The translations under genes and the position numbers were made by a program. A stretch of DNA of 64,000 bases from a virus: positions 32,001 to 96,000 of IMG/VR virus record IMGVR_UViG_3300030090_007211. One strand, given 5' to 3'. Shown one piece after another: positions 10,257-20,499 of this stretch. Below the pieces are notes generated by a model. The model did no database searches. It was given only the letters and a program-made list of their open reading frames with translations, and was not told the DNA's origin. Position 1 is the stretch's first letter, and every line of letters begins with the position of its first letter.

Positions 10257-11219
10257 TTAAACAGCAATAGGTACATTTTTCCAATTAGGGTAAGATTCGT
10301 AATGTAAAATTTCGAAATCACTAAATTTATAATTGAAAATATTAAGTGGTTTTTTAAGTTTTAATGTAGGTGCAGATAATTTAGTACCTCTTCTACGTTG
10401 TTCTTCTACATAGGGTAAATGATTATCATAAATATGTGTATCCCCAAAACTACCTATAAGTTCATAAGGTACCATATTAACTTGTTGTGCGATCATATGT
10501 AATAATAAAGCATAGGATGCAACATTAAAAGGTAAACCTAAAAAGGTATCTACTGATCTTTGATTCCACATTAGAGTAATTTTCCTCGTAGGCACTCTTA
10601 ATGCATTTAATTTATTTGGTGTTAAATCAGTAACGTGATGAGATAAAGGGTGTGTTTCTAAATAATAATTTAATCTTTCAGTAAAAGTTAATTCTTGAGT
10701 ATAAACTTGAAACCCATAATGACAAGGAGGTAGTTTCATTAATTCTATTTCCCCTGCATTCCATGCAGATACCATCATTCTTCTACTATCAGGATTAGAA
10801 TGTAAAGTATCTATTAAAATTTGTATTTGATTTACACTATTAATTGATATTTCTTTAGAGAGTCCTTTATTTACATATAAAACTTTTTTAGTAATAGGTG
10901 TTGACCAATTAACCCATTGTTTACCATAGACAGGTCCTAACTCACCATTATCATCTGCCCATTCATTCCATATACTTACACCGTTATCTTGGAGATACTT
11001 AACATTTGTTTCTCCATTGAGGAACCATAATAATTCATGGATAATGGACTTGGTGTGTAATTTTTTTGTTGTAAGTAAGGGGAACCCATCTTCCATTTTA
11101 AATCGTATCTGTTTTCCGAATACTGAAGTTGTTCCCGTTCCTGTCCTATCTTTTTTATGGATACCCTCCTCCAAAATTTCTTTAAGTAATTGATTATATG
11201 TTTCATCTGCCTTCGCCAT
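10257..11219 (-). CDS. thyA: Thymidylate synthase
   Basis: DRTGTGT, FPLLTTKK, ELLWFL, LGPVYG, LPPCH catalytic Cys, QRSVD, GLPFN, HIY. Confidence 0.97.
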   Translation of the reverse strand: MAKADETYNQLLKEILEEGIHKKDRTGTGTTSVFGKQIRFKMEDGFPLLTTKKLHTKSIIHELLWFLNGETNVKYLQDNGVSIWNEWADDNGELGPVYGKQWVNWSTPITKKVLYVNKGLSKEISINSVNQIQILIDTLHSNPDSRRMMVSAWNAGEIELMKLPPCHYGFQVYTQELTFTERLNYYLETHPLSHHVTDLTPNKLNALRVPTRKITLMWNQRSVDTFLGLPFNVASYALLLHMIAQQVNMVPYELIGSFGDTHIYDNHLPYVEEQRRRGTKLSAPTLKLKKPLNIFNYKFSDFEILHYESYPNWKNVPIAV

Positions 11220-11220
11220 T

Positions 11221-11388
11221 TTATATACCCATTGATCCTACACTGTTTATAATATTATATTCTAATTTATCAATTATTTTCGATAAAAGATCTAGTTCCT
11301 CATACATTTGGTGTTCCGACAATAAAATTTCCAATGCATCTTGTAACTCATATAATTGAGATAATAATTTTTGATCAGCACTTACCAT
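11221..11388 (-). CDS. Small hypothetical protein (55 aa, not in track)
   Basis: MVSADQKLLSQLYELQDALEILL...; fills gap and is coupled to both neighbours. Confidence 0.6.
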   Translation of the reverse strand: MVSADQKLLSQLYELQDALEILLSEHQMYEELDLLSKIIDKLEYNIINSVGSMGI

Positions 11389-11684
11389 TATTTATTATTT
11401 TTTATTAATTGTATTTGTTCAATAATAGGTGTAGTGTCTACCATACCTTCTATTTTATCCGTTTTATAATTTTTAATATGAGAATTTAATACTTTACCTT
11501 GACTTTCTGCTTTCTCAAAAACATCATAATCATTTCTTTTAACGTCATGATAAAGATATTGCCTTCCCCCTTTAAAAATAATTGCTAATTTTTGACTAAT
11601 AGTATTATAACGAGAAGCTAGTATATTACTAGATTCGTAAATACTTTCTATTGATTCTTTGTCGATGTGTCTATTTAGTAACAT
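11388..11684 (-). CDS. KTSC-domain protein
   Basis: SSNI...Y...L.I.FKGGRQYLYHDV...F.KAESQGK.LN.HIK. Confidence 0.85.
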   Translation of the reverse strand: MLLNRHIDKESIESIYESSNILASRYNTISQKLAIIFKGGRQYLYHDVKRNDYDVFEKAESQGKVLNSHIKNYKTDKIEGMVDTTPIIEQIQLIKNNK

Positions 11685-11687
11685 AAT

Positions 11688-11936
11688 TTAATCGTTGAAT
11701 AATTTATAACTATCTACATTATTTAATTGGTAAACTTTACCCATTACTGATGGGGGTTGATCAATAACATTAGAGCGATGATCTTCTGTGATAACCACAT
11801 AATTACCAGTAATCATCATACCACAATCTTCGTGTTCAATTCTAATAGTAGAAGGAAAAGTAGAAGAATTTTTCTCCCACCCCTCTTCTTTTAAAATTAA
11901 AACAATTTTCTTAAATTTTGGTGCGGTATGCGTCAT
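11688..11936 (-). CDS. Hypothetical protein
   Basis: 82 aa, preceded by TTTG-N19-TATATTTA promoter at 11944-11974. Confidence 0.6.
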   Translation of the reverse strand: MTHTAPKFKKIVLILKEEGWEKNSSTFPSTIRIEHEDCGMMITGNYVVITEDHRSNVIDQPPSVMGKVYQLNNVDSYKLFND

Positions 11937-11985
11937 AACATTGTAAATATAAGTTTTTTTTCTGAAAAATCAAAATAAATTGCAT

Positions 11986-12018
11986 AAAAAAACCACATTC
12001 GATTAAAAATGTGGTTTT
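11986..12018 (-). terminator. Rho-independent terminator after hsp20
   Basis: AAAACCACATT/AATGTGGTTTT stem plus T-run. Confidence 0.7.
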
Positions 12019-12039
12019 ACATATAATAGTTTAAGTAGA

Positions 12040-12501
12040 TTATGAAATCTCTATCTTTCTATTTTCTTTTTTATTTTTAGTTGGAGTTAATTTTGGTAAA
12101 AACAAAGTAGTGATACCGTTTTCCACTTTTGCATGAATTTCATCTGCCACTACATTTTCAGGTAATGGGAATGTACGATAAAATTTTGAAGAATGGAATT
12201 CTTTAGAGATGTATTCTCCGTTATCTTTGTGTTCAATCACTCTTTCCCCTTTAACTGTTAACATATTATTTTCTAATTCTACTGATAATTCTTTTTTAGT
12301 AAAACCAGGAGTGGCTAATTCATATTTATAAGACCACTCATCTTCAAATACATTAGTAGTAGGTAAATTTTGAGAATAATCTCTTTTAGTTACCGGTACT
12401 TTGTTATTTAATCCCCTTACAAATGGGTAGGTGGTTGAATTACTCCAAAAGAAATCCTCATTTAGGAAGTCTCTTAAAAAATCATTAAAATTGTTTTTCA
12501 T
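12040..12501 (-). CDS. Small heat-shock protein (Hsp20/alpha-crystallin)
   Basis: NV.E....Y.YELATPGF.K....V.LENN.LTVKG...F.RTF.LPE.V....I.AKVENGI. Confidence 0.93.
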   Translation of the reverse strand: MKNNFNDFLRDFLNEDFFWSNSTTYPFVRGLNNKVPVTKRDYSQNLPTTNVFEDEWSYKYELATPGFTKKELSVELENNMLTVKGERVIEHKDNGEYISKEFHSSKFYRTFPLPENVVADEIHAKVENGITTLFLPKLTPTKNKKENRKIEIS

Positions 12502-12546
12502 TTTTAATTTTTTTATTAATATTATTATTATTTGATTTTTAATTAA

Positions 12547-12586
12547 TCAAAATAAATGCCAGTAGGTTTTCTGTGACATTATGTCA
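12547..12586 (-). promoter_or_regulatory. Sigma54-type -24/-12 element with upstream TGACA-N3-TGTCA palindrome
   Basis: Minus strand TGACATAATGTCA-N12-TGGCATTTATTTTGA, matching TGGCACG-N4-TTGC spacing. Confidence 0.55.
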
Positions 12587-13510
12587 TTAAGGATTGTTAA
12601 TATGTCTTCCTTTTACTTTGTAATAGTTAACATCTATTTCATATTCCTCTAATTTATTTTTAGGAATATAACATTCTCCTGTTGAAAGTAAATGTTGGAT
12701 TCTTTTCTCCCCAAACTTAATATTAAACTCTACTAAATCAATACCAATAAATTTTCTATTGTGTTTAAGTGATGCAACTCCGGTGGTGGAGGATCCAGCA
12801 AATGGATCTAATATAGTGTCTCCTTCATCACTACCTATTTTAACAAACCATTCTGCCAATTCCACATGGAAAGGTGCTGGGTGTAAAACACTAGGATTGG
12901 ATTCTGCAGCAGTTATTACTACATTATGGGGTAATGCCCCTTTTTCATTTAAAGTAACGGTGGCGTGTTCGTATACCCCATCTCTAGAACCAATTGTTGG
13001 AACCGGTTTTTTCATTCTACGTTTAGTAACTTCGGAATGTGGTACTCTACAATTATCTGCCCTAAATTTAGGTTTATTAGTAGGAGAAAAATGAAATACA
13101 TATTCATATCTATCAATAGCCCTATATTTACAATTAGTCGGCATCGATTGTTTTTTATACCATATATAAGGTTTAGCCACTAATTTCCATCCTTGAAGTC
13201 TCATCTTATATTTTAATTCATCAAGAACTGGGTGAACAACCCCATTATCAATCTTATCATTTATATTAAGAAAGAAACTACCATCTGGTTGAAGAACCTT
13301 TAAAAATTTTTCAGTAAATTCTAAAAACCAATCAACGTACTCATCCACATGAATTGATCCTACTTCCCCATCACTATTACCACTATAATTTTTTCTCATA
13401 GCATAATAGGGAGGAGAGGTAAATATCATATCTACTTTTTCTTTTTTCTCAATCATTGAGTCTAGCACGTTTTTTGTATTACCTAAGTGTAATTTATATT
13501 TACTTTCCAT
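12587..13510 (-). CDS. DNA methyltransferase, beta class (N4-C/N6-A family)
   Basis: FTSPPY, HPAPF, ILDPFAGSSTT; start moved to MESK because promoter TTTG-N20-TACCTTTG occupies 13532-13563. Confidence 0.9.
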   Translation of the reverse strand: MESKYKLHLGNTKNVLDSMIEKKEKVDMIFTSPPYYAMRKNYSGNSDGEVGSIHVDEYVDWFLEFTEKFLKVLQPDGSFFLNINDKIDNGVVHPVLDELKYKMRLQGWKLVAKPYIWYKKQSMPTNCKYRAIDRYEYVFHFSPTNKPKFRADNCRVPHSEVTKRRMKKPVPTIGSRDGVYEHATVTLNEKGALPHNVVITAAESNPSVLHPAPFHVELAEWFVKIGSDEGDTILDPFAGSSTTGVASLKHNRKFIGIDLVEFNIKFGEKRIQHLLSTGECYIPKNKLEEYEIDVNYYKVKGRHINNP

Positions 13511-13563
13511 AGTTTCTTTCTTATATGTTAACAAAGGTAATGATATTTATTTAAAAAAACAAA

Positions 13564-16035
13564 TTGGCAATGAAAAAAGTACAACCAAAAGTTAAGAAAA
13601 TAATTAACAAATCAATTGATGAAGCAAAATTATATAATGATACTGAAATAAAAGTAGAACATGTGGTGACTGCCTTGATTAATGATTATGATAATGAAGC
13701 AGTGAAATTTTTAGTGGAATTAGACGTTGATGTGGATGATTTACACAAAAAAGTTGAAAAATATTTGGTTAATTCAGAAAATGATACTATATTTAACAAA
13801 TCTTTAGTGCCGATGTCTGAATATACTAAAAAGATAATAAAAGACTCGGAATATGAGTGTGATAAATTAAAAGAAGATTTCTTAGATACTCCCCATATTA
13901 TGCTATCGATTTTAAAAGAAAAAAATAATATTTCAAAAATATTAAATAAAATGGGTGTAGATTATGAAAATTATAGTAGTATGGTTAAAAAACATTTAAT
14001 AGAAGGAAGTTTTGATTCCTTAGATGATGATTCAGGAGAATTGTTTAATAGACCTTCTAGAAGGAAAAATAAGAATAGTAGTACACCAATATTAGATAAC
14101 TTTTCTATAGATGTTACTAAACGAGCATCAGAAGGGAAGATTGATCCTGTTATTGGTAGAGACGATGTTATTCAAAGAGTCGCACAAATACTTTCAAGGA
14201 AAAAGAAAAACAATCCAGTTTTAATTGGTGATCCGGGTGTAGGTAAAACTACGGTAGTGGAAGGGTTAGCACTTAAAATAAATGAAGGTGATGCACCACG
14301 AACATTATTAGATAAAAGAATAGTATCTTTAGATTTGACTGCAATGGTAGCAGGTACTAAATATAGAGGTCAGTTTGAGGAAAGAATTAAAGGGGTAGTA
14401 GATGAATTAATGGAAAATGATAATATTATTCTATTCATCGATGAATTACATACTTTAGTCGGTGCAGGAAATGCTAGTGGAGCAATGGATGCTGCCAATG
14501 TTTTTAAACCGGCACTTTCTAGGGGAGATATACAAATTATAGGTGCAACAACTTTAGACGAATTTAGAGAAAACATAGAAAAGGATGGTGCATTAACTAG
14601 AAGATTTCAACAAGTGGTTATTGAGCCACCTTCTATAGAAGAAACTATAGAGATATTAAATAAAATAAAAGGGTCTTATGAATCTTTCCATAAAGTCACA
14701 TATCCGCAAGATACTATTGAACAATGTGTTAAGTTATCAGATAGATATGTTACCGATAGAGAATTTCCGGATAAAGCCATAGATATTATGGATGAAGTAG
14801 GGGCTAGATCACAAGTTAATGCTAAACCACCTGACGTTATTACTGAATTGGAACAAGAAATTGTTAAAATAAAAGATGATAAAAATAAGGTAGTTAAAAG
14901 TCAAAAATATGAAGAGGCAGCTAAACTTAGAGATAAGGAAAGAAAAGTTACTGAAAAATTAGAAACCGAAAAAGATAACTGGAAAAAGAAATTAAATAAG
15001 AAAAGAACATTAATTACTCCGGAGGATGTTAGTGAAGTAGTCGCCACAATGACTGGGATACCTTTAAAACGACTTTCTAGTGATGAAGGTAAAAGATTAT
15101 TGGATATGGAATCTGAGATGAAGGGAAGTGTTATTGGACAGGATGATGCAGTAATAAAAATTGCTAAGTCATTAAGAAGAAATAGAGTAGGTATTAGAAA
15201 CCCTAAAAAACCTATAGGTACTTTTATGTTTTTAGGTCCAACAGGGACAGGAAAAACTCACTTAGCTAAAAGACTAGCACAATATATGTTTGGTAATGAG
15301 GATTCTTTAATAAGAATTGATATGTCAGAATACCAAGAAAAACATGCAGTTTCTAGAATGATTGGTGCACCTCCAGGATATGTTGGGCATGAAGAAGGTG
15401 GTCAATTAACAGAAAAAGTAAGAAGAAAACCATATTCAATCATTTTGTTTGATGAAATTGAGAAAGCCAATAAAGATGTATATAATATCTTACTACAACT
15501 TTTAGATGATGGTCAATTAACTGATAGTTTAGGTAGAAAAGTAAACTTCAAAAATTGTATTGTAATTATGACTTCTAATATTGGAGTTAAGAGATTACAA
15601 GAATTTGGTACTGGTGTAGGTTTTAGCACTAAATCTTTAAGTGCTAGTAAAGATGCGAAGAAAAGTGAATTTCTAAGTAAAGAACTTAAAAAACATTTCC
15701 CACCTGAATTTTTAAATAGATTAGACGATGTGGTAATATTTAATTCTCTTAAAGAAACTGAAATCAAATCAATTGTAGAGTTAGAACTTAAGAAATTAAC
15801 TGATAGAGTTAAAGAATTAGGATATACTGTAAAAGTTATGAAATCTATTAAAGACTTTTTGGCGGATGCAGGATATGATGAAGAATATGGTGCTAGACCT
15901 TTAAATAGGGCTATTCAGAAATTCATTGAAGATCCTATATCTGAAGAAATTCTTAAAGGAAATGTTAAAGAAGGTCAAATAATTGCAGTATCTTATAGTA
16001 AAGTTAAGGAAAAAGTAGAAATTAAATTATTATAA
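13564..16035 (+). CDS. clpC: ATP-dependent Clp protease ATP-binding subunit ClpC
   Basis: Clp-N repeats, two AAA+ modules (GDPGVGKT, GPTGTGKT), UVR middle domain (QKYEEAAKLRD), GARPL; EFGTGVGF loop as in Bacteroidota ClpC. Confidence 0.95.
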   Translation: MAMKKVQPKVKKIINKSIDEAKLYNDTEIKVEHVVTALINDYDNEAVKFLVELDVDVDDLHKKVEKYLVNSENDTIFNKSLVPMSEYTKKIIKDSEYECDKLKEDFLDTPHIMLSILKEKNNISKILNKMGVDYENYSSMVKKHLIEGSFDSLDDDSGELFNRPSRRKNKNSSTPILDNFSIDVTKRASEGKIDPVIGRDDVIQRVAQILSRKKKNNPVLIGDPGVGKTTVVEGLALKINEGDAPRTLLDKRIVSLDLTAMVAGTKYRGQFEERIKGVVDELMENDNIILFIDELHTLVGAGNASGAMDAANVFKPALSRGDIQIIGATTLDEFRENIEKDGALTRRFQQVVIEPPSIEETIEILNKIKGSYESFHKVTYPQDTIEQCVKLSDRYVTDREFPDKAIDIMDEVGARSQVNAKPPDVITELEQEIVKIKDDKNKVVKSQKYEEAAKLRDKERKVTEKLETEKDNWKKKLNKKRTLITPEDVSEVVATMTGIPLKRLSSDEGKRLLDMESEMKGSVIGQDDAVIKIAKSLRRNRVGIRNPKKPIGTFMFLGPTGTGKTHLAKRLAQYMFGNEDSLIRIDMSEYQEKHAVSRMIGAPPGYVGHEEGGQLTEKVRRKPYSIILFDEIEKANKDVYNILLQLLDDGQLTDSLGRKVNFKNCIVIMTSNIGVKRLQEFGTGVGFSTKSLSASKDAKKSEFLSKELKKHFPPEFLNRLDDVVIFNSLKETEIKSIVELELKKLTDRVKELGYTVKVMKSIKDFLADAGYDEEYGARPLNRAIQKFIEDPISEEILKGNVKEGQIIAVSYSKVKEKVEIKLL

Positions 16036-16039
16036 TAAC

Positions 16040-17911
16040 TTAGGTAACAGGAGAATTCTCCGCATTCTTTAATAATTGAGTGATTAATTTATCATAATTG
16101 CTCAGATCCTTACTACTTTTAAGAGTATTAGATAATCTTATTAAAGGTTTCAGTCCATATGATTTTGTCTTTGGCCAGTAAAACAGCTTATCTGCTTTTT
16201 TCCAAAACTTTTCTAATTCTGGTCTAATATCCCCAAACATATCTCCTTCTTTTCCTTTTTTATTATAAAATATATCATGTCTTCTTTGGTGTTTTTTATA
16301 ATCGTTTTTTAATATCGATTCTAAGTGGGTATAAATTGCTGGATTTAGATTTAATTCTTTAGAAGGTGCACCTAAAAAACTATTTTTAATTATATTTCTT
16401 ATATTTTTACTTGGTAATCTTAAATTTTCCCATACAGATTCAATATTTGCAGTTTTCTCTTTTAAACTATTACCTTTTATCCCTTTTAATATTTTATATA
16501 TTTCATTAACATCATCATTCAGTGAAGCAATATCGTTTAACAATAAAAGTTTAGTATCTGATCCTGGTTTTTTAAAATCATTACCTACTTTAATCTTATT
16601 AAAATTATAACGTTTTTTATCTTTTTCTTGTAAACTTAATTTTTTATCAAGTAATTTTTGTTGGTATTCCGAAAAGTTTGGGGACTTACCACCATCACTA
16701 TCAGGTAATATTTTAGTACCACATTGATTTAACACACAAATTAATCCACCTGCACTAGTCACATTTTGTAATTTAGTACCTTTAGTGAACACTTCTATTT
16801 TTTTACCATCTATATTATGTATTATTTCTATTGCTGGTAAATCTTTATGACATTTACCAGTGGTACAAACTGCCCAAATAGATACTTTTCCTTTATTCTG
16901 CGAGAATATTTGTTTAGATTGTGCGGGAGTAACTATAAATTTATCGCGTCGTACTCCTTTAATATCTCCACCACCACCATATTTTTTAATTCCGTTTTTA
17001 AGATTAGGATCCCCAAATCCAGGATTTAATAAATATGGATGTATTTTTACCCCTTTTCTAATTTTAATATTATCTAAGACAGTTGCTGCATTATTTAAAT
17101 TTGCGGTATTACCTCCTTGCGTATTAGTTAATAAAGTTTGGTTTGCAAAAACAAAATATTCTGCGTTATTACACTCATGACTAGGAACACCAAAAATTAT
17201 TTCTAACCCTTCTAAACATTCTGGATTATCTTCATTTACTGTTTTACTTTTAACCTCCTCTTTTATCTTATCAACATTGATTGCCACACTTAAAAATTGT
17301 TCTGAGGTATATTTTTCTTTTAAGGTTTTGTAATTAGGTGATCTCCTATATGCGGAACCACATTTATAACCTTCAGGATCACTTCCCCTTTCGTTTTCTG
17401 GACAAAAAGATTGACCTACCCATTTAGTGTCACCAATTTTAGGTGGAGACACATTAAAATTAATTTTATCTTTTATAATACCTTCTTTAACCCAAGAATT
17501 AAAAACATTTTGAATGTAAGTTTTTATAGTATTCATTCTATTTGTTGATAAGTGTCCAGGTTTTACTTTTTTACCATTTTGTTCTCTATCTACATTAGGT
17601 ATTTGAGATTCGCCTGCAGCTAAATTTACATTTACTACAAACCCTGTTGGATTTTTAATTAAGAAGTTTTTGATTTTTTGTAATTCAGGATTTAGTGTTT
17701 TTTCTACATCCCAACTCCATTTAGTGCCGCTTTTACCTGTATAATCGCCTTTCGGTCTATAAAAACCAGGACCGAATTCTACTGATTTATTAATGGTGGG
17801 GAGAGTATTAGTTTCTTCAGTTAATAGTGGATTTTTATATTCACCATTTTCGTAGATCATTAATCCACGCATTCTTTTTAATTCTTCCGTTAGGGTTAAT
17901 CTATTTTTCAT
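16040..17911 (-). CDS. Leader-C protein, paralog of 33290..34750; degenerate OmpA_C-like plus Cys/His domain
   Basis: MKNRLTLTEELKRMRGLMIYENGEYKNPLLTE; GESQ...LSTNRM; HECNNAEYFVFAN...ANLNN...C...CH shared with paralog. Confidence 0.65.
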   Translation of the reverse strand: MKNRLTLTEELKRMRGLMIYENGEYKNPLLTEETNTLPTINKSVEFGPGFYRPKGDYTGKSGTKWSWDVEKTLNPELQKIKNFLIKNPTGFVVNVNLAAGESQIPNVDREQNGKKVKPGHLSTNRMNTIKTYIQNVFNSWVKEGIIKDKINFNVSPPKIGDTKWVGQSFCPENERGSDPEGYKCGSAYRRSPNYKTLKEKYTSEQFLSVAINVDKIKEEVKSKTVNEDNPECLEGLEIIFGVPSHECNNAEYFVFANQTLLTNTQGGNTANLNNAATVLDNIKIRKGVKIHPYLLNPGFGDPNLKNGIKKYGGGGDIKGVRRDKFIVTPAQSKQIFSQNKGKVSIWAVCTTGKCHKDLPAIEIIHNIDGKKIEVFTKGTKLQNVTSAGGLICVLNQCGTKILPDSDGGKSPNFSEYQQKLLDKKLSLQEKDKKRYNFNKIKVGNDFKKPGSDTKLLLLNDIASLNDDVNEIYKILKGIKGNSLKEKTANIESVWENLRLPSKNIRNIIKNSFLGAPSKELNLNPAIYTHLESILKNDYKKHQRRHDIFYNKKGKEGDMFGDIRPELEKFWKKADKLFYWPKTKSYGLKPLIRLSNTLKSSKDLSNYDKLITQLLKNAENSPVT

Positions 17912-17968
17912 CTCTTTTTATAAATATAACATAAAGGATAAAAAAAAACCATAATATTAATGAATTAA

Positions 17969-18000
17969 TTTGGTTTTGTCAAATTTTTGCCTTATATTTG
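17969..18000 (+). promoter_or_regulatory. Bacteroidota sigma70-type promoter (-33 TTTG, -7 TAnnTTTG)
   Basis: TTTG(17969)-N20-TATATTTG(17993). Confidence 0.85.
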
Positions 18001-18015
18001 TATAAATCAAACAAT

Positions 18016-18657
18016 ATGAAAAAGTTAATCACATTATTATTAGTATTAGTAACCTTAAATGGTTATAGTCAGACACCTATCGATTATGATAATTTTGATA
18101 GAGAAATTGCGGAATACCATTTGAGGAAGACATTTATACATTTTAGAGATACAATAAGTAAAATGGGGTATGGTAAAGATAGGTTTATTTTATATCCTGA
18201 ATTAGTGAAAGATAAAAGTTTAGATATACCTATTTGGTCGGATAAAGTTTATGAATTAATCTCTAAACATAATTGTGATATTTTAACTAACATAAAAGAC
18301 GATGTTTATCATGTAGATAGAGAAAAATGGTGGAAAGATCCTAAAGTACAAAAATTATTTGTAGAAGAAAAATATAAACACATCGAGGATGAAAAAATTA
18401 GAGAATCCATAACTGAAGTAGGTTATAGTGAAAATGCTTTATTTACTACTAAAAAATTTACTACTTATGAAGAATTAGCTACCGCCCTAATAAACCAATG
18501 GGAAAATTCCTATTATCATAAATGTTTACAAAGAAGAAATATGTTTTGCACCTATTTATATCGTTCCCATAATATAATAGTTAAAGATTTATTTGCGTGT
18601 AGCGTAACTTATAACCCATCCACTAAATGTGTACATAGTGTTATAAATTTTATTTAA
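18016..18657 (+). CDS. Secreted CAP/SCP-like protein
   Basis: Signal peptide MKKLITLLLVLVTLNGYSQ; SENA...YEELA...NQWENSYYH CAP-like motifs. Confidence 0.6.
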   Translation: MKKLITLLLVLVTLNGYSQTPIDYDNFDREIAEYHLRKTFIHFRDTISKMGYGKDRFILYPELVKDKSLDIPIWSDKVYELISKHNCDILTNIKDDVYHVDREKWWKDPKVQKLFVEEKYKHIEDEKIRESITEVGYSENALFTTKKFTTYEELATALINQWENSYYHKCLQRRNMFCTYLYRSHNIIVKDLFACSVTYNPSTKCVHSVINFI

Positions 18658-20023
18658 ACATATCTTGTTGGATATCCGCTACTCTTTGTTGGTTGGGATC
18701 AATATTTAAAGTGACCCATATATCTCTAATTACATATTCTCCAGTGCCAGAATTACCTGTAATAAATGGTCGAGACCCACTTTCCATTACCCTATAATTA
18801 TTTTCTTGATTTGAAGTAGTGTTAGTCCATCCTTTGAAAATTAAAGGGGATCCTTGAGGACATTTTATTATCATACCCCCACTAGATATTTCACCTTTTC
18901 CATTTGAACTCCCATTCATTGTCCCACCTTTTCTTAGACCAATTTTAAGATTAGGGTCAATTTGTATTAAATGTTTTTCTTTAACAACTATATTACCGTC
19001 TTTTTTCGTTGCTGGGATAATCCCTGGTTCATAACCTTCTATTTGACCATCTACATATTTACTCCAATCTAAATAAGTTTCATAAGATTTTTTATCTTCT
19101 TCCTCATTATCAGGAGTTGGTGTAACATCATTATTAGGTATAGTATCTTTTATTGTTTTTTCCCACTTAGGAAACTTAATTTGGAATCTTCTATTAGGTG
19201 CTGTTTCTTCGTGTGTTGGACTACTAGTATTAGTCCACCCCGCATCTGCAAATAAAGTTGTTTCTCCATTACCCACACCCTTTAGTAAACCTTTTAATTC
19301 TGGTATTTCATCAGATAATAGTTTTACCATTTTATCTGCCCGCGCTTGAGATAAACATCTGTTATAATCTCCTCTTAAAATACCATCTTCATCTTTACAC
19401 CCACTAAATTTACCAGTTATTGAGACATTAGGGTCATTATCTCTGGAAGCGTACCCATTTAAAATAATAGGTGAATTTTTTTTCAAAAATTCTATATATT
19501 CTCCCCATTGAGGTCCATAAGTTTCTTTATTTTTATTCCATTCAGACACAAATTTTCTAAAATTAATATTCCCAACATCTGTTAACTCGGTTTTATCAAA
19601 TATAAATGGATCACTTATATCTAATGTTAATTCTAAACTTACTGTTTTTTCTTTTGGTGGTGGTGGTGTTGGCGGTGGTGTTCCTCCCCCTAACAAACGA
19701 GGTGCCTTAGAAGCGAGAGAAATATATAGAATTGAGCGTCGACTCAAAGTATCACCTGAAACAAACTTTCTATTTCTGAATCTAGCAAATTTTGGTATTT
19801 TTGACATTTTCGATTGCTCAATACCATTAAAGAGTAAATCACCCTTTCTTTTCCTCCCCCAAAATGGAATGGTAGGTGGTACCCAATCTCTACCTTCTTG
19901 ATCTAATTGACCATTTTTTTGTTCTTTAATATTTTGTTCTGCCAAAACATCATGTGAATTATCCTCATAGGTAAACCCCATAAGTTCTTTCATACGCTTT
20001 TGTTGGGAAGTTAGTGGTTTCAT
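18650..20023 (-). CDS. Leader-C protein with OmpA C-terminal-like peptidoglycan-binding domain
   Basis: QKRMKELMGF leader; Pro linker; F.FDK.EL, GYAS, YN.CLSQARA, G.G.GET, NRR. Confidence 0.75.
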   Translation of the reverse strand: MKPLTSQQKRMKELMGFTYEDNSHDVLAEQNIKEQKNGQLDQEGRDWVPPTIPFWGRKRKGDLLFNGIEQSKMSKIPKFARFRNRKFVSGDTLSRRSILYISLASKAPRLLGGGTPPPTPPPPKEKTVSLELTLDISDPFIFDKTELTDVGNINFRKFVSEWNKNKETYGPQWGEYIEFLKKNSPIILNGYASRDNDPNVSITGKFSGCKDEDGILRGDYNRCLSQARADKMVKLLSDEIPELKGLLKGVGNGETTLFADAGWTNTSSPTHEETAPNRRFQIKFPKWEKTIKDTIPNNDVTPTPDNEEEDKKSYETYLDWSKYVDGQIEGYEPGIIPATKKDGNIVVKEKHLIQIDPNLKIGLRKGGTMNGSSNGKGEISSGGMIIKCPQGSPLIFKGWTNTTSNQENNYRVMESGSRPFITGNSGTGEYVIRDIWVTLNIDPNQQRVADIQQDMFK

Positions 20024-20032
20024 AGTAATGGT

Positions 20033-20194
20033 TTATTTTCTTCGTGATACTGGTTTTCTTGAAACCTTCTTAGGTTGTCTTGATTCTTTAATTGCTTTTC
20101 TTTTAGTAGTTTTAACTTCGTTTACTATTTTCTCTATTAGATCAACCATTTCACTTTCAGTTAACCTAATTACTTTTTTATTTTCTTTAGACAT
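20033..20194 (-). CDS. Leader-only basic microprotein (53 aa, not in track)
   Basis: MSKENKKVIRLTESEMVDLIEKIVNEVKTTKRKAIKESRQPKKVSRKPVSRRK; late motif at 20261. Confidence 0.75.
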   Translation of the reverse strand: MSKENKKVIRLTESEMVDLIEKIVNEVKTTKRKAIKESRQPKKVSRKPVSRRK

Positions 20195-20297
20195 TATAAA
20201 TCTTTTAAATAATATATGTTATTAATTGGATGGGCATAAGATGTCCATTACCATTATATATAATAAATATACTAAAAAAGATAAAAAATATAGGGTA

Positions 20298-20453
20298 TTA
20301 TTTTATTTTCTTAACATCATAAATGTCAAGTAACTTAAAAGAGTTAATTTTTTTGGTGAGTGCAAAATAAATAATTGCTTCTTGTATACACGTACTTAAA
20401 CAAGTATTGATAACTTCCCCAGATGTTTTAAGACATAATGCAAATTTATACAT
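20298..20453 (-). CDS. Small hypothetical protein (51 aa, not in track)
   Basis: MYKFALCLKTSGEVINT...; TTTG-N20-TACCTTTA promoter at 20467-20498. Confidence 0.6.
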   Translation of the reverse strand: MYKFALCLKTSGEVINTCLSTCIQEAIIYFALTKKINSFKLLDIYDVKKIK

Positions 20454-20499
20454 TTCTTTTTTTATTTAAAGGTAATAAAAAAATATGGTAAAAACAAAT

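Noticed and set aside
10257-11219. Intron or intein in thyA
   Set aside because: The ORF is continuous, and the extra segment after PPCH is only about 30 aa with no intein splicing motifs.
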